DNA of 62,124 bases, filler included. It is 4 parts of 4 records of this genome, joined end to end, with 100 filler letters (N's around TTAATTAATTAA, not from the genome) between each part and the next. Parts side by side here need not be neighbours in the genome. Positions count along the whole stretch, not along the records: positions 1 to 18,281 come from DRR723986_9725; positions 18,382 to 31,185 come from DRR723986_9739; 2 more parts are not named here. One strand, 5' to 3'. The position numbers were made by a program, and so were the translations under genes. Below are positions 10,590 to 20,095 of the stretch, one piece after another. Numbering within the stretch: the stretch's first letter is position 1; each line of letters starts with the position of its first letter. The notes under the pieces are model-generated. The model made no database searches. It was not told where the DNA came from and saw nothing but the letters and a program-made list of their open reading frames with translations.

Positions 10590-11797
10590 TCGAGCTCCTC
10601 ATCACCTGCTTTCCGCTGTTGCTGCGCATGGCCTATCTGCGCTGGCGGGGACGCCCCGTGACGCTCTACAACGTCCACCGCGCGCTGTTCGTCTGGATTG
10701 TATTGTTCGTCGCACTGATCTTCACGGTCGAGTATTATCATCCGGACACCCCAAATGCGCTGATCCCCTACCGTGTCGTGCCGATCGTCACCGAACGCGG
10801 TGGCACGGTTACCGAGGTGCCGGTCAAGGCGGGTCAAACCGTCAAGGTTGGCGATCTGCTTTTCACGGTCGATGACAGCAGCGAAAAGGCGGCGGTCGCG
10901 ACCGCCCAGACCGCGGTCGGCGAGGTCAACAGCCAGATCGATGTCGTCAAGGCACAGATCAAGGCAGCCGCGGCCGACCTCGCCCGGACGAAAGCGGTTC
11001 TCGACACCGCCAACCTGACCCTGTCGGAGCAGCAGGACCTCAAGGACAAGAACTCGCCCGCCTACACGCTGAACAGGTACGAAAACGCAAAGGCCGCACA
11101 GGAGCAGGCGGCCGCCAATGTGAACGCCGCCAACTCCAAAATGGAAGCGCTGCAAGTGCAGCTTGATCAGGTCCTGCCTGCAGAACTGAAGTCCGCAGAA
11201 GCCGCCCTTGAGCAGGCCAAGGTCAATCTTGCCAAGACAAAGGTGTATTCGTCGGTTTCCGGCAAGATCGAGCAGCTAACGCTGAATGTCGGCGCTCGCG
11301 CCGCGCAGTTCTCGGTTAACCCGGCAATGGTCATCGTGCCGGATCGCGACAAGACCGATCCCATCGAAATCGTCGCTGGTTTCAACCAGACAAACAGCGC
11401 GGTTCTGCATGTCGGCATGCCTGCGGAGGTCGCCTGCGAGAACAACATCAACAGCGGCATGGCAAACACGGTGCTGGCAGCGCGCATCGTCCGCATCCAG
11501 GACGTTATCGCGACCGGCCAGCTCGGTCCGACCGGTGTCCTGATGCAGCCGTCAGACCGTCGCGGCCCCGGTGACCTTGTCGTACATGTTCAGCTCGAAT
11601 ATCCCGAACAGAACGCTCTACTGGTTGATGGCGCCAGATGCCTGGTCCAGGCCTATACCACCCATATTTCCGGCTCGCTTCAAGGCACCTTCATGGGTGG
11701 CATCATCCAGGCCTGGGCGCTGGAAAAGGCGCTGATCATGCGGATGAAGGTCTGGATCATGCTCTTCGCTGGAACGGGACTGATCGGCGGAGATTGA
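10586..11797 (+). CDS. HlyD/EmrA family membrane-fusion protein
   Basis: N-terminal TM, lipoyl-like GTVTEVPVKAGQTVKVGDLLF, long coiled coil and KVYSSVSG. Confidence 0.85.
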   Translation: MIELLITCFPLLLRMAYLRWRGRPVTLYNVHRALFVWIVLFVALIFTVEYYHPDTPNALIPYRVVPIVTERGGTVTEVPVKAGQTVKVGDLLFTVDDSSEKAAVATAQTAVGEVNSQIDVVKAQIKAAAADLARTKAVLDTANLTLSEQQDLKDKNSPAYTLNRYENAKAAQEQAAANVNAANSKMEALQVQLDQVLPAELKSAEAALEQAKVNLAKTKVYSSVSGKIEQLTLNVGARAAQFSVNPAMVIVPDRDKTDPIEIVAGFNQTNSAVLHVGMPAEVACENNINSGMANTVLAARIVRIQDVIATGQLGPTGVLMQPSDRRGPGDLVVHVQLEYPEQNALLVDGARCLVQAYTTHISGSLQGTFMGGIIQAWALEKALIMRMKVWIMLFAGTGLIGGD

Positions 11798-12018
11798 GCT
11801 GGCAGAAAATCGTCAGATCCGTGACGCGATGATCGATGTCATCCGCAAGGACGGCGCAAATTCGACTTGTTGACCAACTGCGGGCATTCCCTGCTGATGA
11901 TTGCGTCCGGTTTCCGGATCCTGACGAGAGCCGCCGAAAGGCTGAAATGGGGGCGCTTTGCCGACTGGCAGGCGCCGATGGCGCCAACCGCGCGCGCAAC
12001 GAATCCTTTAGTGCAGTG

Positions 12019-12747
12019 TCAAATGTGATGCCGGTAAAGGTCCTGGGATCTGTTCAGGTGCGAGCGCATTGCGCTTTCGGCCTCTTCAGCAACGCCGCCT
12101 TCGATGCACTCGACGATTTTCGAATGCTCGGCAAGCGTGACGTTCTCCCGTCCCGACCAGATCAACAGGTCCGTATGATAATTGAACAGCCAGTTGAGCA
12201 TGGCGTCACTCACTGCTGCAAAAATCGGATTACCTGAGATCGAGGCGATCTTACTATGAAACGCGATGTCGGCCTTGATGAAGTCGGACGGACTGTCGAG
12301 CATGTCCTCTTGATGGCTGATGAGGTGCTTGAGCTCGGAAATGTCTTCGGGCGTTGCCATTTCCGTCGCGATCCTGACCATGCCGACTTCAAACAGTCTA
12401 CGCGCCTGCTTCAGGTGCTCCAGATTGTCCGAAGACGCAGACAGCAGCATGCGCGCCACCATATCCATCTGCCGAAACGCAAGATCGGCCGAAAGCTCAC
12501 TGACCCTGGAGCGCTCCCCCTGCGAGATCGAAATGAGACCCTGGGTGTGCATCGTCTGCATAGCCTCGCGCACCGCGGGCCGGCCGACGCCGAAACGTTG
12601 CATCAGTTCACGCTCAGACGGCATGGGGTCACCGGGTCCAAGCTCGCCCCGTACAATCATTTCACGCAATCGATCGAAAACCTGATCGGAGAGTTTTCGC
12701 CGGACAATCTTGTCGTCACCGGCCCCCAAGCCGTTCCAGTTTTCCAT
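12019..12747 (-). CDS. GntR/FadR family regulator (NanR-like)
   Basis: Motifs MPSERELMQRFGVGRPAVREA, DIAFH and EH. Start codon uncertain (12747 or 12771). Confidence 0.88.
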   Translation of the reverse strand: MENWNGLGAGDDKIVRRKLSDQVFDRLREMIVRGELGPGDPMPSERELMQRFGVGRPAVREAMQTMHTQGLISISQGERSRVSELSADLAFRQMDMVARMLLSASSDNLEHLKQARRLFEVGMVRIATEMATPEDISELKHLISHQEDMLDSPSDFIKADIAFHSKIASISGNPIFAAVSDAMLNWLFNYHTDLLIWSGRENVTLAEHSKIVECIEGGVAEEAESAMRSHLNRSQDLYRHHI

Positions 12748-12843
12748 GACCCGCCAATCTGATCTCTTCATTGTTGGGGTGTCTGAACGTTGCGACAAGC
12801 ACGGCGTCAAATTCGCCAGCCGCTTCAACACCCTTGGGAAGAC

Positions 12844-14673
12844 TTATAGCCGGATAACTTCAAATGGGCCAAACGTCCTGCGTTCCCCAAAGCCAATTTC
12901 CAGTTCCCGATTTGTCAGATTTGCAGCAAACCGCAAGACCTCACCGTCCTTCTCCACACAAAGGGCAGCTACGTTGGCTGGTGTTTTATCGCTGCAATCG
13001 ATGACATCCCCTTCGCCTAGCCCAGCAAGGAGCGAGACAACTTCACCGACAGGCAGAAGAGATCCGCTTTCTGTGTCCACGATTCCTCTCGGGCCCGTGA
13101 AACTGGCCGGGATCCATTGGCGGATATCAGCCGTGGCAATTGCAGACGCGTACCCCATCGTCCAGGCTGCGGCGAAAAGGCCGCGCTGACGCGGATCGTC
13201 GTGGGTCATGCAGATGCGCTCGTTCCCGGGATTGGCGAAAGTCTGCGAACCGTAAGGATTCTGGCGCATGCCGATGGTTGTCGGCCCCAGTCTGTATTCC
13301 TTGTCCTTACCGATGATCGCACGGGCAGTGCGCGTGATGTGCGGCAGGGTCTCAAGTGTTTCAAGAACACTCTCGTCATCAGCAGCATGGACAATCGGAT
13401 TGGTCGCGTGGGTCACGAAGTCAAGCAACGACGCAGGAGGTCGCTTGCGGTTCAACTCGGTGAAATAGCTGAACATGCCGCCCCCGAGCCTCATGCCGGG
13501 GAAACAGTACCTTGCGGCCGTATAGATGTCCGCCAGGGGAGGGCATTGCGGCCATTCGCTTCCAGGTGGTGTCGATTGTCGGTCAACGGAAGGACAGACC
13601 GCAATGGAAGCCAACTCCAGCCCGCTTCGATCAATCATATCGGCAAGGTTTTGAAACTCGGCCAAGAGGTCTCCTTTGCAGGAAACCACATATTCAAGTT
13701 CATAGGACGCCGGGAAACGAACCTGCAGCTCCCTGAAATCCTCGAGCGCCTCCTGCCCATGCAAAGCAGTTGGATCAAGGTGACACAGGATTGCTGGAGG
13801 GTTCACTTTCCCCAGGAGGTCAATGTGACTGATGGCGGACTTCAGGTCTTCCGGGCTGATCAACAAACCGATGCGCGGAAACCGGCTTTTTGTTTTCTTT
13901 CCCGCTTTAAGTTCGACATCCCTGGTGGAGGTGCTTAGCGGTGTTATGGTCGATGGGGCAGTCTCGTTTGCAAGATTTTCTATCTGAAGGGTAATCGACT
14001 GTTCGACCTCCTTGCCCGCTTCAATGACATATGGCCACGGAAGCGCCAGGGGTCTCACATAGGTCTTGTAGGAAGCGTCTGACCAGTTGCGCTGGTCCTC
14101 CATTTCGAACGTGTCGCCGTCCATCTGGCATCGGGCCTTCAAGTGCGGCGCAGGTGCGTGGGTCAGCGACCGGATCGACTTGAACGGTTGCCAGGGATCT
14201 ATGAGGTCTGGAAACCTGGTTTGGACGACCGAACCATCACAATGCTCCACTTCGACAGGTTCACCGGCTACTCCATTGATCGGATGCAGCACCGTGAAAC
14301 CACAGCGGTTGGTTTCGAAGGCGCTGTCGGCAACAGCCGAAGAGGCAAATCTCAAGGAACCGGTTTCCGTGCCGGTGATGCGTGCCGTGACGCTGAGACC
14401 CGCCCCTTGGTTTTTGTAGCGGGAAACATAGGAAATCTCGAACTTCCCAGGCTCTTCCAGGACAACGAGATCGGAGATGGCTCCGGCCAGCGTGCCCCAG
14501 TCCTTGTCACGCACCACGTAGGAAATAGCGCGCAGCACTTCGTGGCCCTCGAAACGGATGTAGCGCAGGTTTCCGTTTTCCGGCCGTACTTCCAACGGTC
14601 CTGCGCGCAATATCCGGAAAGCCTCCGGGGCACTTTCCGTTCCGTACAGGCGCATGCGGCTCACGGTACTCAT
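12844..14673 (-). CDS. apnL: Probable D-apionate lactonase
   Basis: 609 aa with LYGT..LRAGPL..GNLRYI..VRDKDWGT, FEMEDQRNWSDASYKTY and YFTELNR; recognised from memory of the family and from operon context. Confidence 0.72.
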   Translation of the reverse strand: MSTVSRMRLYGTESAPEAFRILRAGPLEVRPENGNLRYIRFEGHEVLRAISYVVRDKDWGTLAGAISDLVVLEEPGKFEISYVSRYKNQGAGLSVTARITGTETGSLRFASSAVADSAFETNRCGFTVLHPINGVAGEPVEVEHCDGSVVQTRFPDLIDPWQPFKSIRSLTHAPAPHLKARCQMDGDTFEMEDQRNWSDASYKTYVRPLALPWPYVIEAGKEVEQSITLQIENLANETAPSTITPLSTSTRDVELKAGKKTKSRFPRIGLLISPEDLKSAISHIDLLGKVNPPAILCHLDPTALHGQEALEDFRELQVRFPASYELEYVVSCKGDLLAEFQNLADMIDRSGLELASIAVCPSVDRQSTPPGSEWPQCPPLADIYTAARYCFPGMRLGGGMFSYFTELNRKRPPASLLDFVTHATNPIVHAADDESVLETLETLPHITRTARAIIGKDKEYRLGPTTIGMRQNPYGSQTFANPGNERICMTHDDPRQRGLFAAAWTMGYASAIATADIRQWIPASFTGPRGIVDTESGSLLPVGEVVSLLAGLGEGDVIDCSDKTPANVAALCVEKDGEVLRFAANLTNRELEIGFGERRTFGPFEVIRL

Positions 14674-14674
14674 C

Positions 14675-15700
14675 TCAGGCGCTGCCCAGTATGATTGTTC
14701 GGCTGTTCCCGGCGGCGGAAAGATACGCAGCCTCGACCAGTTCCAGCGTCTTCAGGTTGTCCGTTCCGGATGTCTCTGGCGTGCTGGCAGCATTCAGGCA
14801 ATCGATGAAGTGCCGTTGAATGTTGTAGACACTTTCCTGAATGTTGTGCCAGGGGCGCTCCGCCCAGGAAAGCAATGGGGGCGAAACGTCCAGTTCCCTG
14901 GTGCCGGACGCATTGTGCAGCACCAGCCTGTAATCAGGCATCAGCCTCAGCGTCCCTTCACTGCCATCCACTTCAAGAAGGCTTTCCGGAAAGCTTTCCC
15001 GGGACAGCCGTGATGCGTAGCTGCAGTCGACAACACTGGTGACGCCGCTTTCGTGAACCAGCATCATGGAGGCAACGTCTTCCGCCTTTATTGCCGGATT
15101 GACCCGCTTGGTGCTTGCCGAGATGGTACGCGCATCACCGAACAGGAAACGGGCGATATCCAGGATATGAATCCCGAGGTCCTGGATGATGAAACGGTCA
15201 TCTGTCGCAAGATACGGCTGGCTGGCATAGACATCATAGGCGGAGCGGAAACTGACCCGCCCCCAGAACGGCGTTCCGATGCTTCCCTTTTCGATTTCGG
15301 CTTTCGCCGCGCGGATTGCCGACTGCCAGCGGAAGTTCTCGTGAACCATCAGGGTCACGCCGGCCGCTGCAGTAGCATCGACCATTGCAGTGGCGTCTGC
15401 CAGTGTGTCCGCAAAAGGCTTCTGGCAGATGATGTGCACTTTCGACCTCGCCGCGAGTTCCACCAGGGGCCGGTGGGTCTGAACTGTCGTCGCGATGTCG
15501 ACAAAGTCGAGCTCTTCCGATTTCATGAGCTCGACCGCGTCGGAATAAGTCCTTTCAATGCCAAAGCGTTCGGCCGTTTCCTGCAGGCGTTTGTCGTCGC
15601 GGTCACACAGCGCGATGATGGCTGCTCCGTCGACATCGGCCCATGCATGCATGTGATTTTGGGCGAAAAAACCGCAGCCGATCAATGCGCCTTTCTTCAT
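14675..15700 (-). CDS. apsD: Gfo/Idh/MocA oxidoreductase, probable D-apiose dehydrogenase
   Basis: MKKGALIGCGFFAQNH start with CQKP and HENFRWQ; lies between a sugar ABC transporter and the apnL-like gene. Confidence 0.7.
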   Translation of the reverse strand: MKKGALIGCGFFAQNHMHAWADVDGAAIIALCDRDDKRLQETAERFGIERTYSDAVELMKSEELDFVDIATTVQTHRPLVELAARSKVHIICQKPFADTLADATAMVDATAAAGVTLMVHENFRWQSAIRAAKAEIEKGSIGTPFWGRVSFRSAYDVYASQPYLATDDRFIIQDLGIHILDIARFLFGDARTISASTKRVNPAIKAEDVASMMLVHESGVTSVVDCSYASRLSRESFPESLLEVDGSEGTLRLMPDYRLVLHNASGTRELDVSPPLLSWAERPWHNIQESVYNIQRHFIDCLNAASTPETSGTDNLKTLELVEAAYLSAAGNSRTIILGSA

Positions 15701-15710
15701 GAAATTCTCC

Positions 15711-16775
15711 TCAAGCTGCCGCGGCCTGCTGCTGTAGTGCCACACGGGCCTGCAGCTTTTGCTGCGCCTGGTCGACAACTACGGCGGCGATGATCACCAG
15801 GCCCTTGATAACGGTCTGCCAGAAGGAACTGACCCCCATCATCACGAGTCCGTCGGACAGAACGCCTATCACGAATGCGCCGACAATCGTTCCACCGATC
15901 CGTCCGCGTCCCCCCGACATGGATGTGCCGCCGAGGACCGCCGCCGCAATCGCATTGAGTTCGAAGGTCTCTCCCGTTGCCGGATGCGAAGCCACCAGCT
16001 GTGACGAGATGACAAGGCCGACAATGGCCGCGCAAAAGCCCGAGAACATGTAGACGAACATCTTGACGCGGTTGACCTTCACACCCGAGAGGGCGGCTGC
16101 CTTCTCGTTGCCGCCAACCGCATAGATGTGCCGTCCCAGTGGCGTTCGGCCTGCTATATACGCGGCGATCAATCCGACAGCTATCAAGAGCCAGATGGAC
16201 ACCGGGATACCGAGAAAGCTACCAGTGCCGAGCATGTCGAAACCCGTAGATCCATAGGCCTCCTTGCCGACGAGGTTTGGAAACGTCGCCCCGTCAGAGG
16301 AAAGCAGCGCTAGCCCGCGAGCCACGTAAAGCGTTCCGAGCGTCGCGATGAACGGTGCCACATTGAGACGCGTTATCAGCACCCCATTTATCGCTCCCAC
16401 GAAAACACCGACGGCAAGCGTGATGAGAATGATCTCGAAGATATTGAAATAGAGCGAGTAACCAATCCCCAGATCGACACCGTTGAGAATGAGATAGCCG
16501 GCCACCATTCCGCAAAGGCCGACAATCGACCCGACCGAAAGATCGATCCCGCCGGTAATGATAACGAAGGTCATGCCGATCGCCAGAAACGCGTTCAACG
16601 CCACGTGCTTGGACATGATGACGAAATTCGCGGTGCTGAGGAAATTCGGAGCCGCAAACGAGAAGAACGCAAACACCGCAATTAGGGCGATGAAGGTCCT
16701 GAGCTTCAGGAGCAGCAGGATCATCGGTTGTCCGCCGGAGGTGCCTGAAGGCTGCATGGTGGTGACTGATGTCAT
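15711..16775 (-). CDS. Sugar ABC transporter permease (RbsC-type)
   Basis: Motifs GGIDLSVGS, PFIATLG, AVGGNEKAA and ELNAIAAAVLGGTS. Confidence 0.92.
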   Translation of the reverse strand: MTSVTTMQPSGTSGGQPMILLLLKLRTFIALIAVFAFFSFAAPNFLSTANFVIMSKHVALNAFLAIGMTFVIITGGIDLSVGSIVGLCGMVAGYLILNGVDLGIGYSLYFNIFEIILITLAVGVFVGAINGVLITRLNVAPFIATLGTLYVARGLALLSSDGATFPNLVGKEAYGSTGFDMLGTGSFLGIPVSIWLLIAVGLIAAYIAGRTPLGRHIYAVGGNEKAAALSGVKVNRVKMFVYMFSGFCAAIVGLVISSQLVASHPATGETFELNAIAAAVLGGTSMSGGRGRIGGTIVGAFVIGVLSDGLVMMGVSSFWQTVIKGLVIIAAVVVDQAQQKLQARVALQQQAAAA

Positions 16776-18281
16776 CCGTTACTTCTCCCAATGAAATGAC
16801 CTGCTTCGGAGGCAGGAGCGTGACCGATCGCAGACGCCGCGATTATCTGTTCTTCCCGCACGTCGGCGCCCTCAAACTCGCCCGTAATGCTGCCGTTCGA
16901 CATCACGATGATCCGGTCGGACAGGGACATGACCTCTTCAAGATCCGAGGTGACGAACAGAATTCCCAGTCCTTCAGCCGCAAGCCGCCGCATGGTGCGA
17001 AAGACCTCGGCCTTTGCGCCAATGTCGATGCCGCGGCTCGGCTCGTCCATGAGCAGGACCTTTGGCGAGGTCATCAGCGCCTTGCCGATCACGACTTTCT
17101 GCTGATTGCCTCCCGAAAGAGAGCTGACCGGGTTTTCCATGCTGGCAATCTTGATGGCCAGGTCCTTCACGAACCGCTTCACCGTCTCCCGCTCTGCCTT
17201 GAGGCTGAGGTGAATGCCCTTCACGAACCTGCCGAGGCTCGACAAAGACATGTTCTCCCGGATCGGCAGGATCTGGATCAGACCTTCCGACTTCCTGTCT
17301 TCGGGGATTAGCGCCAGCCCGCGTCCGATACGCCCAGCAACGTCCGGTTCGTTCAGATGGCGTCCCTCGACGTAGAAGTCCCCTGTGCAATGGGGATGCT
17401 GGGCCATGATGCACTCGAACAATTCGGAGCGCCCCGCGCCCATGAGGCCATAGATGCCGACAATCTCGCCAGCCCGCAGGGACAACGACACATCATCGAC
17501 AACGAACTTTCCTGTCCGGCCCATCAGGCTGATGTTCTCGCAGCGAAACACTTCGTCGCCGAAGTCGTGCTCGACCGTCTTGGCGAAGTCCTTTGAGGCT
17601 GCACCGATCATGTTTTGCACGATCCAGGGCACATCGACGCCGTCCATGCTCCTGGCACCGGTTCGTGCACCGTCCCTGAGCACCGTGATGTAGTCGCCGA
17701 TCCGGATCAGTTCCTCCAGGCGGTGCGAAATGTAGACGATGCCGACACCGCGTTTCTTGAGGTCCGCGATGACCCGGAAGAGGATTTCGACTTCTGCCGC
17801 ACTGAGGGCGGATGTCGGTTCGTCCATGATCAGGATCCGGGCATCCTGGGCCAGCGCCTTGGCGATCTCGACAATCTGCTGCTCCCCGATGCGAAGGTCG
17901 GACACCATCGCATCCGGCGAAATGTCGTGCTCGAGACGCTGCATCAACGCTGCGGCTTCCGACCTCTGGTCGCTGGCGGCGATATCCACTCCGGCGCGGG
18001 TCTTTTCCCGTGCGATAAAGATATTGTCGGCAACCGACATGTTGGGAAACAGGTTGAGTTCCTGGAAGACAATGCCGATCCCGTGTGCCGCGGCCGTGCG
18101 CGTATCGGGGAAAGAGACCTTTTTCTCTCCCATCAGAATATCACCCGAGGTCAGCTGCTCGACGCCGGCGATCACTTTCATCAAGGTGGATTTGCCAGCG
18201 CCGTTTTCGCCAACGAGCACATTCACTGCGCCAAGCCGGACATCGAAGTCCACGTCCTTCAGCGCGTGTGTACCCGGATAG
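16772..18281 (-). CDS. Sugar ABC transporter ATP-binding protein (RbsA-type), 5' end cut by the contig end
   Basis: Motifs GENGAGKST, MDEPT and LSGGNQQK; the frame is open up to the N-run. Confidence 0.93.
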
Positions 18282-18381
18282 NNNNNNNNNNNNNNNNNNN
18301 NNNNNNNNNNNNNNNNNNNNNNNNNTTAATTAATTAANNNNNNNNNNNNNNNNNNNNNNNNNNNNNNNNNNNNNNNNNNNN
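18282..18381. other. Artificial contig linker
   Basis: N-run, TTAATTAATTAA (stops in all six frames), N-run. Confidence 0.98.
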
Positions 18382-18968
18382 GTGATCCGCTCGATCTCGG
18401 GCGCCATGGTGGCCGAGAAGAACAACGTTTGTCGGGTGAAGGGCGTGAGGCTGAAGATCCGCTCGATGTCGGGGATGAAGCCCATGTCGAGCATCCGGTC
18501 GGCCTCGTCCACCACCATGATCTCGATGCCGGTGAGCAGAAGCTTGCCGCGCTCGAAATGGTCGAGCAGGCGGCCGGGGGTGGCGATCAGCACGTCGACG
18601 CCCTTGTCGATCAGCACGTCCTGCTCCTTGAAGGACACGCCGCCGATCAGCAGGGCCTTCGTCAGCTTCACGTATTTGGAATAGGTGTCGAAGTTCTCGG
18701 CCACCTGCGCGGCGAGTTCCCGCGTCGGGCAGAGCACGAGGCTGCGCGGCATCCGCGCCCGGGCCCGTCCGCGGGCCAGCTTGCAGATCATCGGCAGGGT
18801 GAAGGAGGCGGTCTTGCCGGTGCCGGTCTGGGCGATGCCGAGTACGTCCTTGCCTTCGAGGGCATGGGGAATGGCGCCCGCCTGGATCGGCGTGGGCACC
18901 GTATATCCCGCCTCTTCGACGGCTTTCAGGACTTTGGGGCTGAGGTTCAGGTCAGAAAATTTTGTCAT
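18382..18968 (-). CDS. DEAD-box RNA helicase, N-terminal part (truncated)
   Basis: Q motif PTPIQ, AQTGTGKT, PTRELA, TPGR, DEAD and SAT. Confidence 0.95.
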
Positions 18969-19147
18969 GTGTGTCCGTGGTTTGCGGACACTGGTGGCCT
19001 GGCCCGCACATCTCTCAGGGGGTCGGACCCGGATGGCCCGGCGTGAAGTCGCTTGATACCCCGTGGCGGCGCTATAGGGAAAATTCGGGGAAAGGTCAAT
19101 CGGTGCGTGATCACAACCGGAAACCGGCGGTCCCGTGGGGGCGGGGA

Positions 19148-20095
19148 TCAGCAGGGGACGCCAAAAAAATGCTTGTCCCGCAAGGCGTCGAGAGCCATGA
19201 CGCGGCGCCGCAGCAGCCCGTGCCGGTCCAGATTGTCGCAGAGGCCGGCGCTTGCGGTGCAGACCTCATCGAAGAAGGCGCGCAGGGCCTGCTCTCCGCC
19301 GGTGGCCTCGATCTGGGCGAAGAGGTCGTGCAGGTTGACCGCGCCGTCGCGGCGGACCTGCGGTTTCAGTTCGGCCCGGTAGGACCCCTTGGCCAGTCGG
19401 AACCTGTAGGCGGCGATGAAATGCTGCCAGTCGGCGGCGTGGAAGTGGCCGAGTTCGAGGCCGGGCAGGTCGGTCTGGCCGGGGTTCTCGACTCCGTTCA
19501 GACTGACGTTGTGGATCTTGATCTGCAGCCCGGGCGTGCCCGCGCGGAAGAAAAGCTTGCCTGCCACATGGCTGAGGAACCCACCCGACAGCTGCGGGCC
19601 CCATGTGGGAAAGCAGTCCTCCGCCGCCTGCTGGCGGGGGCCTTGGGCAAGGTGGAAGGCCTTGAAGGCGGTCTCTCCGGGGGCGGTGCCGCTGCCCGGG
19701 GCCAGCGCCTCGACGGGACGCACGCGGGCGCAGAGGCAGTCTTGCGGCAATGCATGAAGGTGATCCGTTATCGGACTGTTGGACAACAGAAATTCGTCGA
19801 TGTCGATATGCGCGAGCCAGTCCACCTCTGGGCTGCGGTTGTTGGCGTGGCGGGCGTTCAGCCCCTGCCGCGCCTGATGCTTTTCGGGGCGGCCCTTGCG
19901 CTTCGCCCACCAGTCCGCGTCGGTGTGCCACACGCGGATCTTCGGATGCGCTTTCAGCACCGCCAGCGTCTGCGGCTGGTCGTCGTCGAGGTAGAAATAG
20001 AGCCGGTGCGCGCCCTGCTCCAGATGCCACGCGGCGAAGTCGAGGATGGCGCGCAGCGGCGCCTTGACCGTGGTGACGGTGCCCCATGTGGTCAT
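19148..20095 (-). CDS. Glycosyltransferase (GT-A fold, family 2-like)
   Basis: Start at MTTWGTVTTVKAP overlapping the upstream stop; DxD-type motif HIDIDEF. Confidence 0.8.
   Translation of the reverse strand: MTTWGTVTTVKAPLRAILDFAAWHLEQGAHRLYFYLDDDQPQTLAVLKAHPKIRVWHTDADWWAKRKGRPEKHQARQGLNARHANNRSPEVDWLAHIDIDEFLLSNSPITDHLHALPQDCLCARVRPVEALAPGSGTAPGETAFKAFHLAQGPRQQAAEDCFPTWGPQLSGGFLSHVAGKLFFRAGTPGLQIKIHNVSLNGVENPGQTDLPGLELGHFHAADWQHFIAAYRFRLAKGSYRAELKPQVRRDGAVNLHDLFAQIEATGGEQALRAFFDEVCTASAGLCDNLDRHGLLRRRVMALDALRDKHFFGVPC

Noticed and set aside
18326-18337. TTAATTAATTAA as a biological motif (also in the other two gaps)
   Set aside because: It sits in the middle of N-runs and is a standard six-frame-stop contig linker.
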